A stretch of DNA of 64,000 nt from an uncultured virus (IMG/VR IMGVR_UViG_3300031134_000641) (taxonomy: Duplodnaviria; Heunggongvirae; Uroviricota; Caudoviricetes), in IMG/VR virus record IMGVR_UViG_3300031134_000641. The stretch is one strand, 5' to 3'. Positions within the stretch are counted from its first letter, which is position 1; each line of letters opens with the position of its first letter. Below, one piece after another: positions 9,653 to 20,071 of the stretch. The notes beneath the pieces are model-generated. The model did not search any database, was not told where the DNA came from, and was given only the letters and a program-made list of their open reading frames with translations. Made by a program: the position numbers and the translations under genes.

Positions 9653-10426
9653 ATGAGTATTAACCTAACCAAAATTGAACAGAAAGCCCCAGAGCTAATC
9701 AGCTTAGCTAAAAAGGCGCAGGTCTCCCTCAACAAGTACAACCTTGTTGACACCAAAGCTAAAGTAGCACTAGTCCTAGACTACTCAGGCTCAATGAACC
9801 GCCAGTACAAGAGTGGCGCAATGCAGAAGCTCTCAGAAGAAGTACTCGCCCTCGGTGCGCAGCTAGATGACGACGGCGAGATTGACCTGTTCATCTTCCA
9901 CTCTGGTTCCCTCCACCTCGGTGGAATTAACCTCGACAACTACAAAGGCAGCATTGACAGGCTCACAAAGGGCCACCGAATGGGAACAACCAACTACGCA
10001 GCAGCGTTCAACACCGTCCGCGACCACTACGGTTTCTCCGGTTCACTAGGAACAGCAACAGTAGAGAAAAAAGGTTTCTTCGGTAAGAAGAAAGTAGTCA
10101 CCCCCGCTCCTAACGCAGCACCAGCCAACGAGCCAGTGTTCGCCATCTTCCTCACCGATGGTGCCCCCGACAGCAAGCCCGCTGCCGTCAAAGCACTAAC
10201 AGAAGCCTCTACCGCACCAATCTTCTGGAAGTTCCTCAGCATCGGAAACGAGAGCATGGACTTCCTCCAGAAGCTAGACGACCTTGACGACCGATTCGTT
10301 GACAACGCCGACTACAAGCCAGTAGGTAACCTTGAGAACCTGACCCCAGAGAGACTGTTCGACATGCTCCTGGACGAGTATCCCGGCTGGATCAAAGAAG
10401 TTCGCGCGAAAGGACTAATCCGCTGA
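9653..10426 (+). CDS. vWA domain protein (Ter-associated type)
   Basis: LVLDYSGSM (DxSxS MIDAS), GTTNY, FLTDG, PIFW, DRFVDNA; TGATG coupling to next gene. Confidence 0.85.
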   Translation: MSINLTKIEQKAPELISLAKKAQVSLNKYNLVDTKAKVALVLDYSGSMNRQYKSGAMQKLSEEVLALGAQLDDDGEIDLFIFHSGSLHLGGINLDNYKGSIDRLTKGHRMGTTNYAAAFNTVRDHYGFSGSLGTATVEKKGFFGKKKVVTPAPNAAPANEPVFAIFLTDGAPDSKPAAVKALTEASTAPIFWKFLSIGNESMDFLQKLDDLDDRFVDNADYKPVGNLENLTPERLFDMLLDEYPGWIKEVRAKGLIR

Positions 10427-11121
10427 TGGGCCTGTTTGGACTAGGTAAAAAAGACTCCGCGCCTGCCCCAGCCGCGTCAACCCCTCAGGCAGTCCCCGTG
10501 GCTGCTGCCGCACCAACCAAAGGGCTTGACCTCGGTAAGCAGAGCGGAAAGATCAGCCTTGAGAAAGGCTCACGAGTAACAATTGAGAAAACACAGACCA
10601 TCAAAGCACGCGCCACATGGTCATCCAACACCGACTACGACCTGTACGCCCTCGTGGTACTCAAAAGCGGTCAGGTGCTCACCGTCTCCACCTTTGGAAG
10701 CAAAGCAGAGCCGAACCCAACAACCACAGTCCTCAACGGAGCAGTCCGTCACCTGGGCGACGTTGGACGAGGAGCCAAAGGGGTAGCAGAGGAAACAATT
10801 GAAATCAACATGACCGACGACATCGACTTTGTTGTACCAGTTGCCTACTCCGCTCAGAGCAACGGAACCGGTTCATTCCGAACATACCAGGTCAGCCTTG
10901 GTATCAACAACGGTGCTGGAACAGAAGTTGTCATTGACGCTAAACACGCCAACAACTCTAGCACAATCTACAGTGTAGCAATCGGAGTCATCCGCAACAC
11001 TGTAGACGGAGTACAGATTGAATCACTGGAAGAGTACTCTCAGCCAGGTTCAGAGTCCCGCCCCGCCATCGTCAACGGAAAAGTTGTCATGGACGCAGGA
11101 GCAGTAAACCTCTACAAGTAA
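10426..11121 (+). CDS. TerD/TerA-like stress protein
   Basis: ISLEKG, DYDLYALV, HLGD..G..EETI motifs typical of TerD family. Confidence 0.7.
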   Translation: MGLFGLGKKDSAPAPAASTPQAVPVAAAAPTKGLDLGKQSGKISLEKGSRVTIEKTQTIKARATWSSNTDYDLYALVVLKSGQVLTVSTFGSKAEPNPTTTVLNGAVRHLGDVGRGAKGVAEETIEINMTDDIDFVVPVAYSAQSNGTGSFRTYQVSLGINNGAGTEVVIDAKHANNSSTIYSVAIGVIRNTVDGVQIESLEEYSQPGSESRPAIVNGKVVMDAGAVNLYK

Positions 11122-11125
11122 CACC

Positions 11126-11180
11126 AACCTAAAAGGGGAGGGGAGCCAGAATCAATCTGGCTCCCCTCCCCTTTTAGGTT
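11126..11180. terminator. Bidirectional hairpin
   Basis: 25-bp perfect inverted repeat with ATCAA loop between convergent genes. Confidence 0.85.
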
Positions 11181-11189
11181 TAACCCCTA

Positions 11190-12251
11190 TTACTTATCAA
11201 AAGGGTACTGTGTCTCAACAAAAGTATTCACACCAACATAAGACAAGCCAAGCTTAGGCTTAGTCCTGTTAACCTCACCGTTGACAAGCAGTACAATAGC
11301 TTCCCACATGACGTTAAGCCCCGTAAGGTTAGAAGAGTACAAGCCGCCAGAAGCACGAGTGTTAGTCTCCAACAGTACAAGCTCACCCTGCCACCAGCGC
11401 AGCTGAGTGTTCGTCAGGAAACGGAGGTTAAAGTTAGTGTACCAGTAAGCAACAATCTCCTCAGCCTCAGGGAAACGCTGAGAGAACGAAGTTAACCTAG
11501 CGCTATCCTTAGTGCGGGGAATCATCTTAATGATCTCACCCTCACCAGTGGAAACCACATCAACGCTCACCTCAGGGTCCTCAAGGAACGGAAGAAGCAT
11601 AATCTCAGGACGGTCAGCACCTGACTCCTCAGCCATGCTATACGCATTCACGATAGAGTCAATGGACACCTCACGGCTTCCAGCGCCCAAAAGCTTGTCA
11701 ACAGTGAACTCACCGTTGTCAATGACACGGAAACCCTCCGCGCCCACACCAACAGTAGGCTTCATGACAACACGTGCGTCACCAATCTCAGAAACCAGAG
11801 AGTCATAACCCGTCTGAATCTCCTCAGCAGAGCTACCAACACGCCACGGAGGAACAGGAGTACCAGACCTGCTAGCTTTAACATACGTCTTGTTCTTATC
11901 CTCAAGAAGCTCAATGTCATCAAAACCAGAAGCTAGAACACGAACGCCAGCGCTCTCAAAACGCTCCACCTCCCTCACAATGTCAGCAATACCCATACGA
12001 GGAACAAACACATCAATTTTGTTCTCAACACAATACTGGAAACACCAGTCAACATACTCTGTGCCAGAAAGCTCTGGCTCACCACCCACACGATCCGCAG
12101 CCAACAGAACAGGGGAACCCAAATCAGGGTGCGTAGCAAAAACAGTGACAGGAACCCCATCAGGGTTGTCCTTCACCATCTTAATGAGCCAGTAAGTTGT
12201 AGCGAAAGGTCGGTTGAACCAGATGTTTAAATGCGGAATAGTAGAAGTCAT
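11190..12251 (-). CDS. ATP-grasp protein (Ter-cluster type)
   Basis: IWFNR..AT N-terminus, MKP..GVGAEGFR, EVSVD, LLETNTRASGG. Confidence 0.85.
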   Translation of the reverse strand: MTSTIPHLNIWFNRPFATTYWLIKMVKDNPDGVPVTVFATHPDLGSPVLLAADRVGGEPELSGTEYVDWCFQYCVENKIDVFVPRMGIADIVREVERFESAGVRVLASGFDDIELLEDKNKTYVKASRSGTPVPPWRVGSSAEEIQTGYDSLVSEIGDARVVMKPTVGVGAEGFRVIDNGEFTVDKLLGAGSREVSIDSIVNAYSMAEESGADRPEIMLLPFLEDPEVSVDVVSTGEGEIIKMIPRTKDSARLTSFSQRFPEAEEIVAYWYTNFNLRFLTNTQLRWWQGELVLLETNTRASGGLYSSNLTGLNVMWEAIVLLVNGEVNRTKPKLGLSYVGVNTFVETQYPFDK

Positions 12252-12442
12252 GACTTATACAATATCAGATGAAATGAAAAAAGCTCCGGAAAAAGGTAGG
12301 AAAAGTATGGTGGGTGTTCACCGATATATCTAGTGACACTAAATGAAGGTTGAACGATGACTGAACTAATATGCAAATACGAGAATGAGACCTTCCAAAT
12401 AGGTGACAGTCATAAAATGGAGAGACTGGAAAAAGACAGCAG

Positions 12443-13297
12443 ATGAACATCCCTAAAATAATTCTGCAAGCAAGAGCCGAGTCGCCTCAGTGGGGAAATC
12501 ACCCTAGGCTAGACTTACCGTCTGAACTTTCAAGTATTTCTATGAGAAGAGACAGATTCTACTTTTATGCACGTGAGATAAAAGAGTCAAACGAACACTT
12601 CAACACCCTTTCGCACCTTATAAAGTTCATCCAACCTGAAGTAACGGGAGGCGGAACATACTATCCTGTTACCTTAATTCTCAGTGGTAAAAAAGGCAAA
12701 TACGATGAACCACTTTGGGCCGTTTCTATGTACTACCAGAATGAATATCACATAATAGGATATAGTTCGGCATACAGTTCAGAAACAGAGTTCTTTGATA
12801 AGCTAGAAAAAGGATCGGAGTATAGATTTGAAACAGACATTTTTGTAGATAAAAAAGGTAATCCATTGCTTGTTCATTCTCTAACACCATTTCTTCCTCT
12901 ACCCGAGCTTGAAGCTACAGATGTACTCCTTATAGCAGAAGGCGAAGAAAATCAAATTCTTATGCCAAACCCAAAAACGAACCAAGAGAAGTATGCTTAC
13001 TTGTATGACGCTCCCAGGTACTACCCTAAACCGCACCAAGTAAGAAATGCTTTAGCAGAAATCACCATAGAGACAGTTGACTCGGGTAAACACAAAGGTT
13101 CGCAAGTGCTTGCAATCACCGACCGTGAACTACAAATACGCATAGGTGAGTTTACGGTCAATAAAAGTGCAAAATATATGAACTTAGTCCAACAAAAACT
13201 AAGCACGGGGAAGACAGTAGTTGTAGAGACAAACATAATACTGATATGGGGACAGGATAACTATGTTACCCAAGTTTGCATGCCAATGCCTGTGTGA
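12443..13297 (+). CDS. Hypothetical protein
   Basis: 284-aa ORF filling the gap; CCGATA at 12321-12326. Confidence 0.65.
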   Translation: MNIPKIILQARAESPQWGNHPRLDLPSELSSISMRRDRFYFYAREIKESNEHFNTLSHLIKFIQPEVTGGGTYYPVTLILSGKKGKYDEPLWAVSMYYQNEYHIIGYSSAYSSETEFFDKLEKGSEYRFETDIFVDKKGNPLLVHSLTPFLPLPELEATDVLLIAEGEENQILMPNPKTNQEKYAYLYDAPRYYPKPHQVRNALAEITIETVDSGKHKGSQVLAITDRELQIRIGEFTVNKSAKYMNLVQQKLSTGKTVVVETNIILIWGQDNYVTQVCMPMPV

Positions 13298-13326
13298 TAT
13301 TAATGTTTATGTGTTATAATACAAGG

Positions 13327-15000
13327 GTGAGCTTAATGGAATTACATAACATCTGGCATCCTACTCGCAACGTAGGGCTATTTGCTGATGTTACTCCTAG
13401 CTCAAGTAAACGAGTTTGGTGGCTAGGAGACTGTGGACATGAATGGGAGCGTGTTGTCCGAGAGCAGGCTAAACGAGGAACATGCCCATATTGTTCTGGA
13501 GCGCGTATTCTCGCTGGCTTTAATGATTTAGGTACTTTGAGACCAGATATTGCTGCTGAGTGGCATTCTACTAAGAATGACAGCACTCCAGCAGAGACTG
13601 CTCTCATGGCTAACAAAAAGGTATGGTGGACCTGTCCAGTAGGCCACGATTATCAGACCGCTTTACCTCATCGTACAGTTCGTAACCACAGTTGTCCTTT
13701 CTGTGCTAACAAGCAGGTGATGAAAGGTTTCAACGATTTGGCTTCTCAGTTTCCTGAGGTAGCCAAGCAATGGAGTTCCAAAAATACAAAAGCAGCTGAC
13801 ACTGTTGCAGCTACATCTCATGCGAAAGTATGGTGGTCTTGTGAGTTAGGCCACGAATGGGAAACCGAAGTTCGTAAGCGTACATCCAGGGGGCAAGGTT
13901 GTCCTGTGTGCGCTGGAAACGTAGTTAAGATAGGGTTCAACGATTTCCTATCACTGTACCCAGAGGTTGCTGTTGAGTGGGCTAGTACAAATCCGAATTC
14001 GCCTGACATGTACACAGCCGGTAGCGAACACAAAGCTGACTGGACTTGCGATAAAGGGCACAACTGGAAGTCCAACATCAACAACAGAACACTAAAGAAA
14101 GCCCGCTGCCCAAAGTGTGTTGCAGGAGAGGCTGCTTCAAAAGCCGAGACAGCTGTAGGAGAATACCTTGAAAGCTTGGGGCTAAAAGTTGACAAAGCAG
14201 TTCGCAGTGTAATCAAACCGTTTGAAATAGACTTGTACGTGGAAGAACGAAAAATTGGTATTGAGTTCAACGGGGTCTACTGGCATAATGAGACACACAA
14301 GGGGAGAACTTATCACCGGGACAAGTGGTTGGCTGCTAAGGAAGCTGGTGTGCAGCTAATCCAAATCTGGGAAGATGAGTGGAACCGTAATCCCGAACAG
14401 ATTAAGGTTATGCTTGCTCACAAGTTGGGCGTATCAAACGAGCAACGTGTGTCTGGCCGCAACACAATTGTCAAACCAATTTCTGCTTTTGATGCTCGCG
14501 TTTTTATGGATAAGCATCACATCCAAGGTTTTGCTTCCGGTACCCATTACCTCAGCTTGCAGGACAAGAAGAGTAACCAGACAGTAGCTGTTCTTACCTT
14601 GCGCAAAGAAGGCAAAAATGGGTTGAACATCATCAGGTATGCTACAAGTGCACATGTGATAGCTGGGTTCACTAAGCTGCTGAGCTATGCTACTAAGAAC
14701 TTCAATCCCAGTTTTTATGTTACCTTCGCTGACCATTGTGTGTCAGACGGAAGATTGTACGAAGCTAATGGGTTCGTAGTAGACAAAGAGCTACCACCTG
14801 ATTACATGTATGTGGTGAAGAACGAGCGTAAACACAAGTTCGGGTATCGTCTAAAGAAGTTCCGTGATGACCCTACCCTCATTTGGGACGAGAACTTGAG
14901 TGAAAGCCAGCTGGCTAAGTTGAACGGTTTAAATCGTATTTGGGATGCTGGAAAGACTCGGTATCGTCTTGATATCCCGAACCCATTATCCGATAGTTAA
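13327..15000 (+). CDS. Four zinc-ribbon repeats fused to a PD-(D/E)XK-like endonuclease (Hef-like homing endonuclease)
   Basis: 4x W..(C)..GH.W/Y..CPxC repeats; EIDLY..IGIEFNGVYWH; IQIWEDEW; RIWDAGK; GTG start 6 nt after TGT-TATAAT. Confidence 0.75.
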   Translation: MSLMELHNIWHPTRNVGLFADVTPSSSKRVWWLGDCGHEWERVVREQAKRGTCPYCSGARILAGFNDLGTLRPDIAAEWHSTKNDSTPAETALMANKKVWWTCPVGHDYQTALPHRTVRNHSCPFCANKQVMKGFNDLASQFPEVAKQWSSKNTKAADTVAATSHAKVWWSCELGHEWETEVRKRTSRGQGCPVCAGNVVKIGFNDFLSLYPEVAVEWASTNPNSPDMYTAGSEHKADWTCDKGHNWKSNINNRTLKKARCPKCVAGEAASKAETAVGEYLESLGLKVDKAVRSVIKPFEIDLYVEERKIGIEFNGVYWHNETHKGRTYHRDKWLAAKEAGVQLIQIWEDEWNRNPEQIKVMLAHKLGVSNEQRVSGRNTIVKPISAFDARVFMDKHHIQGFASGTHYLSLQDKKSNQTVAVLTLRKEGKNGLNIIRYATSAHVIAGFTKLLSYATKNFNPSFYVTFADHCVSDGRLYEANGFVVDKELPPDYMYVVKNERKHKFGYRLKKFRDDPTLIWDENLSESQLAKLNGLNRIWDAGKTRYRLDIPNPLSDS

Positions 15001-15044
15001 AAACTATCCGCTTTAAACGAAACTCATGGTAAACTAACTCCAAC

Positions 15045-18000
15045 ATGTCGCAAAAAATTGATCCATTCGTAAACTTTCACGTCCACTGTGACGCAGGCTC
15101 CCTCCTTGATGGTTTCAGTACCATCCCCGAGTATTTGAAGGAAGCTGACCGCATAGGACAGCCCGCTCTAGCCATCACTGACCACGGTTCTCTAGCTGGT
15201 CTGTACGACCTGCAAAAGTACTCCACCAACCCTGGATACCAGGTCACAGACAAGGTGAAGGGGATTGCGGGAATTGAGTTTTACGTTGTGCCCTCAACGG
15301 GGGACATTCACACTAAAGAGCCTCTATTCTTAGGTGACGGTGGACGTGACGATATTTCCGGTAACGGTGCCTACACTCACCTCACAGTAATCGCAGAAAA
15401 CAACGTTGGACTCAAAAACCTGTTCTACCTCAGCGAAGTAGCAAACAAATACGGTTACTACCGTAAACCACGAATCTCTCTAGAGTACTTGGAAGAGTAC
15501 AGTGAAGGTCTCATCGCAACAACAGGATGCCCCTCCGGTGAAATCCAAGTAGAGCTACGCCTAGGGCACTACGATAAAGCCCTAGCATACGCCGCCCGTC
15601 TACAGGATATCTTCGGTAAGAATAACGTGTTCGTTGAGTTAATGGACCACGGCATGAAGCAAGACCTAGAGCGTAAAGTGCGTGGCGGTCTGCTCAGCAT
15701 TGCTAAAGCACTAAACATGCCCCTCCTCGCCACCAACGATGCTCACTATGCGAAAGCAGAGAACGTCAAGAGCCATGAGGAGATGCTTGCCATCCAGTCT
15801 GGTTCCTCCATGAACGAACTTGCTGACTATGATGGCGGTAAGCGCTTCGCCTTTGAGGGTGGTTCATACTACCTTGCAACAGCCGCTGAGATGCTTGCTA
15901 AGTTCCCTGAAAACCCTGAAGCCATCTCAAACTCTCTTCTCATTGCTGAGCGTGCAAGCTTCAGTATTGAAAAAGATGAAGACCTTCTCCCTACCATTGA
16001 GCCACCAGCGGGCTACACTGAAGAAGAATGGTTCCGTAAGCAGGTTCTTGATGGTCTAGCTGAGCGTCTACCAGATAAGCGTCATGATCCAGTGTATCTT
16101 GACCGCATTGAGCATGAGCTTAAAGTTATTCTCCCTAAGAACTTCGCTAGCTACTTCCTTGTTGTGTCCGACTTCATGAAGTGGGCACGTTTTGAAGCTC
16201 AGCCTCCAGTACCAACCGGATTCGGTCGTGGTTCCGGTGCTGGTTCACTGTGTGCATTCGCGTTGTATATTACTGACCCTGACCCTATCCGTTGGAACTT
16301 ACTATTTGAGCGTTTCGTTCACACAGAGCGTGACAACTTCCCCGACTTCGACACCGACTTCGGGCCAACAGACCGTGCTCGTGTTATTGAGTATGTACGT
16401 AACAAGTATGGTGAAGATAAGGTGGGTGGTGTTGTTACATTCGGTACCATCAAAGCTAAAGCTGCTATCAAGGATGTTGTCCGCATCTACGAGCGCGGCT
16501 TTGACGTTGGAAACAAGCTAACTAAAGCGCTACCGCCTGCTGTGTTCGGTAAAGAGATCTCACTAGCTGACGTATACAACCCTGGTTCAAAGCGTTACGA
16601 TGAGGCAGGAGAGTTCCGTAACCTTGTTGAACGTGAAGGCTACCAGGGCATCATTGACTCAGCTATTAAGCTTGAAGGTCGCGTACGAAACTTAGGTCAG
16701 CATGCTGCTGCTGTTCTTATCTCCTCTAAGCCTTTAAATGAGACTATCCCCATGCGTCGGGTTAACTCTAAGGTAGAGACTCTTGTCACAGAGTGGGACT
16801 TCCCAACCTCTGAGGCAATTGGTCTACTGAAGGTTGACTTCCTTGGTTTGCGTAACCTTGAGATTGTTCGTGACGCGCTAGCCCTCATCAAGATGCGTAA
16901 GGGTATTGAGATTGATATCCAGGACATTATCCACGGTTCGCTGGATGACCCTAAAGTTTACGAGCTTCTTACTAAAGGTGACACACTAGGTGTGTTCCAG
17001 CTTGACAGTGGTGGTATCCGTAGCTTGCAGAAGGTTCTTAAACCTACGGAGTTCAACGACATTTCGGCGCTACTAGCTCTCTATCGCCCCGGGCCTATGG
17101 GTATCAACGCACACTTGGCGTATGCTAACCGTAAGAATGGCCTGGAGGAGACTGATTATATCCACCCTGACCTTGAGGAGACTTTGAAGCCTATCCTGGG
17201 TGATACTTATGGTATAGCTATGTATCAGGAGCAGATCATGCAGATCGCCCAGGCTGTGTCTGGGTACACGTTGGCTCAGGCTGACAACTTGCGTCGTGCT
17301 ATGGGTAAAAAGAAGATTGAGGTGTTGCAGAAGGAGTACATTCCGTTCCGTGATGGTGCTAAGGCTAATGGTTTCTCTGATGAGGTGATTAAGGACCTGT
17401 GGGATGTTCTGGTTCCTTTTGCTGATTATGGGTTCAACAAGAGCCATTCTATTGCGTATGGTTTGTTGTCTTATGTGACGGCTTGGTTGAAGGCGCATTA
17501 TGCTGCTGACTATATGGCTGCTTTGTTGTCTAGTGTTTCTGATGACACGAATAAGACTGCTGCGTATTTGGAGGACTGCCGTAAGCGTGGTATTAAGGTG
17601 ACTGTTCCTAACATTAACAAGTCTTTGTCTGATTACACTCCTATTTCTGATACAGAGATTTCTTATGGGTTTAAGGCTATGAGTGGTGTTGGTGATAAGG
17701 TTTCTGACGCTATTGTTGCTTGCCGTGACGAGGGTGGTGAGTTTGAGTCTTATGCTGATTTCTTGTTGCGTGCTCCTAAGGAGGCTACGAACAAGCGTGT
17801 GGTTGTGGCTTTAGCTCAGGGTGGTGCTTTTGATTGTGTGGGTATTACTCGCCGTACGGTGATGGAGAACCATGAGGAGAATCTGAAGGTTCTAGCTAAG
17901 ATTCGTAGGTCTGCTTTGAAGGCTAAGGAGTCTTCTGGTAGCTTGTTTGATTTGTTTGATTCCATGAGTTTGGATGAGGGTGAGTCTAAGAGTGTGGCGG

Positions 18001-18740
18001 ACAACAAGGAGGCTATCCGAGTTTCTGAATTTGCTGAGTATCCTGAGTTGGAGAAGCTGAAGATGGAGAGGAAGATTCTGGGGTTGTACATTTCTTCTCA
18101 CCCGTTGCAGGGGCTGGATTTGTCTCGTGTGTCTTCTGTTAAGGTTGCTGACTTGTTGCCTACTGGTGATGAGAATGAGGAGCCTCCTGCTATTGCGCCG
18201 TTGGAGGGTTGGGCACCTAAGGATGCTAAGCCTTTGAAGATTGCTGGTATTGTTACTACTTTGTCGTTGAAGCGTACGAAGAAGGGTGACAGTATGGCTG
18301 TTGGTGTGTTTGAGGACATGTCTGGTGCTATTGAGTTCACGTTGTTCCCGAAGATGTTTGAGATTTTTGGGGAGTTTTTGAAGTTGGATGGTGTGTATCA
18401 GCTGTCTGGTTTCAGTCGTGCTCGTGATGGTGAGGATGTTACGTTTAATGTTGATGCGTTGCGTCCGCTTGATTTTGCTGACAGTGGTAAGCTGAGTGTC
18501 CGCGTTAAGGTGACGAAGAAGCAGTGGGTTGCTGGTCGTGAGACTTTGTTGAAGCATTTGGAGCGTCACATGAGTGATGGCATAGGTACCACTAATGTTA
18601 TTGTTAGTGTGAAGGATGAGAATGATGATATTTGGGAGGAGACTTTACCGTTCACGGTGAAGACTAGCTCTGCTTTGACTTCTGAGATTCGTGAGTTGTT
18701 TGGCATGTTGGCTATTGGTCGTTGGAGGAAACCTATCTGA
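15045..18740 (+). CDS. dnaE: DNA polymerase III alpha subunit
   Basis: PHP motifs HVH, TDHG, NDAHY; GRGSGAGS; PDFDTD; KVDFLGL; FNKSH; C-terminal OB fold. Confidence 0.97.
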   Translation: MSQKIDPFVNFHVHCDAGSLLDGFSTIPEYLKEADRIGQPALAITDHGSLAGLYDLQKYSTNPGYQVTDKVKGIAGIEFYVVPSTGDIHTKEPLFLGDGGRDDISGNGAYTHLTVIAENNVGLKNLFYLSEVANKYGYYRKPRISLEYLEEYSEGLIATTGCPSGEIQVELRLGHYDKALAYAARLQDIFGKNNVFVELMDHGMKQDLERKVRGGLLSIAKALNMPLLATNDAHYAKAENVKSHEEMLAIQSGSSMNELADYDGGKRFAFEGGSYYLATAAEMLAKFPENPEAISNSLLIAERASFSIEKDEDLLPTIEPPAGYTEEEWFRKQVLDGLAERLPDKRHDPVYLDRIEHELKVILPKNFASYFLVVSDFMKWARFEAQPPVPTGFGRGSGAGSLCAFALYITDPDPIRWNLLFERFVHTERDNFPDFDTDFGPTDRARVIEYVRNKYGEDKVGGVVTFGTIKAKAAIKDVVRIYERGFDVGNKLTKALPPAVFGKEISLADVYNPGSKRYDEAGEFRNLVEREGYQGIIDSAIKLEGRVRNLGQHAAAVLISSKPLNETIPMRRVNSKVETLVTEWDFPTSEAIGLLKVDFLGLRNLEIVRDALALIKMRKGIEIDIQDIIHGSLDDPKVYELLTKGDTLGVFQLDSGGIRSLQKVLKPTEFNDISALLALYRPGPMGINAHLAYANRKNGLEETDYIHPDLEETLKPILGDTYGIAMYQEQIMQIAQAVSGYTLAQADNLRRAMGKKKIEVLQKEYIPFRDGAKANGFSDEVIKDLWDVLVPFADYGFNKSHSIAYGLLSYVTAWLKAHYAADYMAALLSSVSDDTNKTAAYLEDCRKRGIKVTVPNINKSLSDYTPISDTEISYGFKAMSGVGDKVSDAIVACRDEGGEFESYADFLLRAPKEATNKRVVVALAQGGAFDCVGITRRTVMENHEENLKVLAKIRRSALKAKESSGSLFDLFDSMSLDEGESKSVADNKEAIRVSEFAEYPELEKLKMERKILGLYISSHPLQGLDLSRVSSVKVADLLPTGDENEEPPAIAPLEGWAPKDAKPLKIAGIVTTLSLKRTKKGDSMAVGVFEDMSGAIEFTLFPKMFEIFGEFLKLDGVYQLSGFSRARDGEDVTFNVDALRPLDFADSGKLSVRVKVTKKQWVAGRETLLKHLERHMSDGIGTTNVIVSVKDENDDIWEETLPFTVKTSSALTSEIRELFGMLAIGRWRKPI

Positions 18741-19273
18741 TGCCTGGTTTGTTTGGTGTTCCTGAGGTGTTGTCTGGCCCGTTGGTTGATGGGTTGGATG
18801 AGCGGTTCCAGCTTGGCTCTGAGGAGTGGTTTTTTGGGGTTGCTGGGCGTGTTGCTGAGGGTGCCACTTGTTTGCAGGCTAGGTGTGGGAGTGTTCTTGT
18901 TGATGCGGGTGGCCGTGTGATTGGGTCTGGGTTTAATGCTCCTCCTTTGGGGTTGGAGTCTCAGCGTAAGTGTGGTTTACCTGTTGATGTTGGGGTCAAG
19001 CCTAAGTCTGACAAGACTTGTTGTGTTCATGCTGAGTGGAATGCTGTGTTAGATGGTTTGCGTTTTGATGCGGCTGCTGTTCGGGGTTCTACTTTGTTTT
19101 TCATGAGGGTTGATGAGTTTGGTGGTTTCACTGAGGCTGGTGACCCGTATTGTAGTGTTTGCAGTAGGCTGACTTTGGAGGCTGGTGTTTCCACGTTTGG
19201 TTTGTGGAATGGTGGGCCGGAGTTGTGGGATGCTGAATCATATAATTTGCGTTCGTATGAGTTTTTCAGCTGA
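18740..19273 (+). CDS. dCMP/deoxycytidylate deaminase-like protein
   Basis: GFN, VHAEWNA, PYCSVC zinc-deaminase motifs; TGATG overlap with dnaE stop. Confidence 0.85.
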   Translation: MPGLFGVPEVLSGPLVDGLDERFQLGSEEWFFGVAGRVAEGATCLQARCGSVLVDAGGRVIGSGFNAPPLGLESQRKCGLPVDVGVKPKSDKTCCVHAEWNAVLDGLRFDAAAVRGSTLFFMRVDEFGGFTEAGDPYCSVCSRLTLEAGVSTFGLWNGGPELWDAESYNLRSYEFFS

Positions 19274-19287
19274 TTGTGTTTGATGAT

Positions 19288-19333
19288 ACAAGTGTGGCCC
19301 TGAACTATAAACTTAGTTCAGGGCCACACTTGT
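19288..19333. terminator. Bidirectional hairpin
   Basis: 20-bp perfect arms ACAAGTGTGGCCCTGAACTA, loop TAAACT. Confidence 0.8.
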
Positions 19334-19339
19334 TTTTTG

Positions 19340-19981
19340 TTACCTGTCGTAGGGGTCTTCTTTGGTGAGGGGGTTGTCTAGGTTGAACATGCTGCATACC
19401 CAGTCTACGGGCATATCTTTAATGTCGTCTGCGTCTGTTCCTTTGTATCCTGTTTTGAGTGTGAGCAGTACCTGGTCTGGGGTGTAGTTTTTGCGGATGA
19501 ACTCGTAGGCTCGGTTGGGGATCTGCGCGAGTCTGGGTACTCCTAGGCCTAGCGCTAGGGTGAGTGCTACATTGACTGTGGTGGCTGTTCTGGTTTTGGT
19601 GGGTGGGACTCCGTGTTTGCGGAGGAGTTTGTTGTGTTTGCTGGTGAGTTCTTTGGCGAATCGTTCAATGTGTCGGGGTGTGATGTACTCTCCCATGACG
19701 ACTGTGTTCTGCTCACCGTATTTTGTGTGTCCGCAGGGGAGGGTGGTGAGTGCGAGTTTACGGTATTCGGGGTTGATTTCGGGTAGGAGTTTGAATTTCT
19801 GGCTGACTACGGTCTCGTTGCCGTAGTTGCTGCGGTGCATGATCTGGTCGTATTTGGCGTACATGTTGTCTACGGCTACTTCGCCGTGTTTGTCTACTGT
19901 GAGGCCGATGCTGGCAAGTTTTGGGGTCACCTTTGAGATGAGTGTGTCGTACTCTACGGTCTCTGGCAGGTAGGTTTCCAT
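19340..19981 (-). CDS. Hypothetical protein, paralog family B (C-terminal domain only)
   Basis: LTLALGLG..IPNRAYEFIRKNYTPDQ..MPVDW matches C-termini of 23203, 25112, 26787. Confidence 0.8.
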   Translation of the reverse strand: METYLPETVEYDTLISKVTPKLASIGLTVDKHGEVAVDNMYAKYDQIMHRSNYGNETVVSQKFKLLPEINPEYRKLALTTLPCGHTKYGEQNTVVMGEYITPRHIERFAKELTSKHNKLLRKHGVPPTKTRTATTVNVALTLALGLGVPRLAQIPNRAYEFIRKNYTPDQVLLTLKTGYKGTDADDIKDMPVDWVCSMFNLDNPLTKEDPYDR

Positions 19982-19987
19982 GTGAGC

Positions 19988-20016
19988 ATTTTATCATGTT
20001 TTTGGTGTGTGGTCAA
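19988..20016 (-). promoter_or_regulatory. Housekeeping-type leaderless promoter
   Basis: TTGACC-N17-TAAAAT with TG extension, 6 nt before ATG 19981. Confidence 0.7.
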
Positions 20017-20071
20017 GTGTGCATTTGGCTTGAGCCGATTGTATTGGTAGCCTATTTGATGGGTTGGACGG

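Noticed and set aside
11190..12251. Graspetide RiPP cluster using the 21-aa peptide
   Set aside because: ATP-grasp resembles the Ter-associated type and the peptide lies 25 kb away with no recognisable leader
15045..18740. Intein in DnaE
   Set aside because: Normal length and no C..HN splice motifs or LAGLIDADG insert
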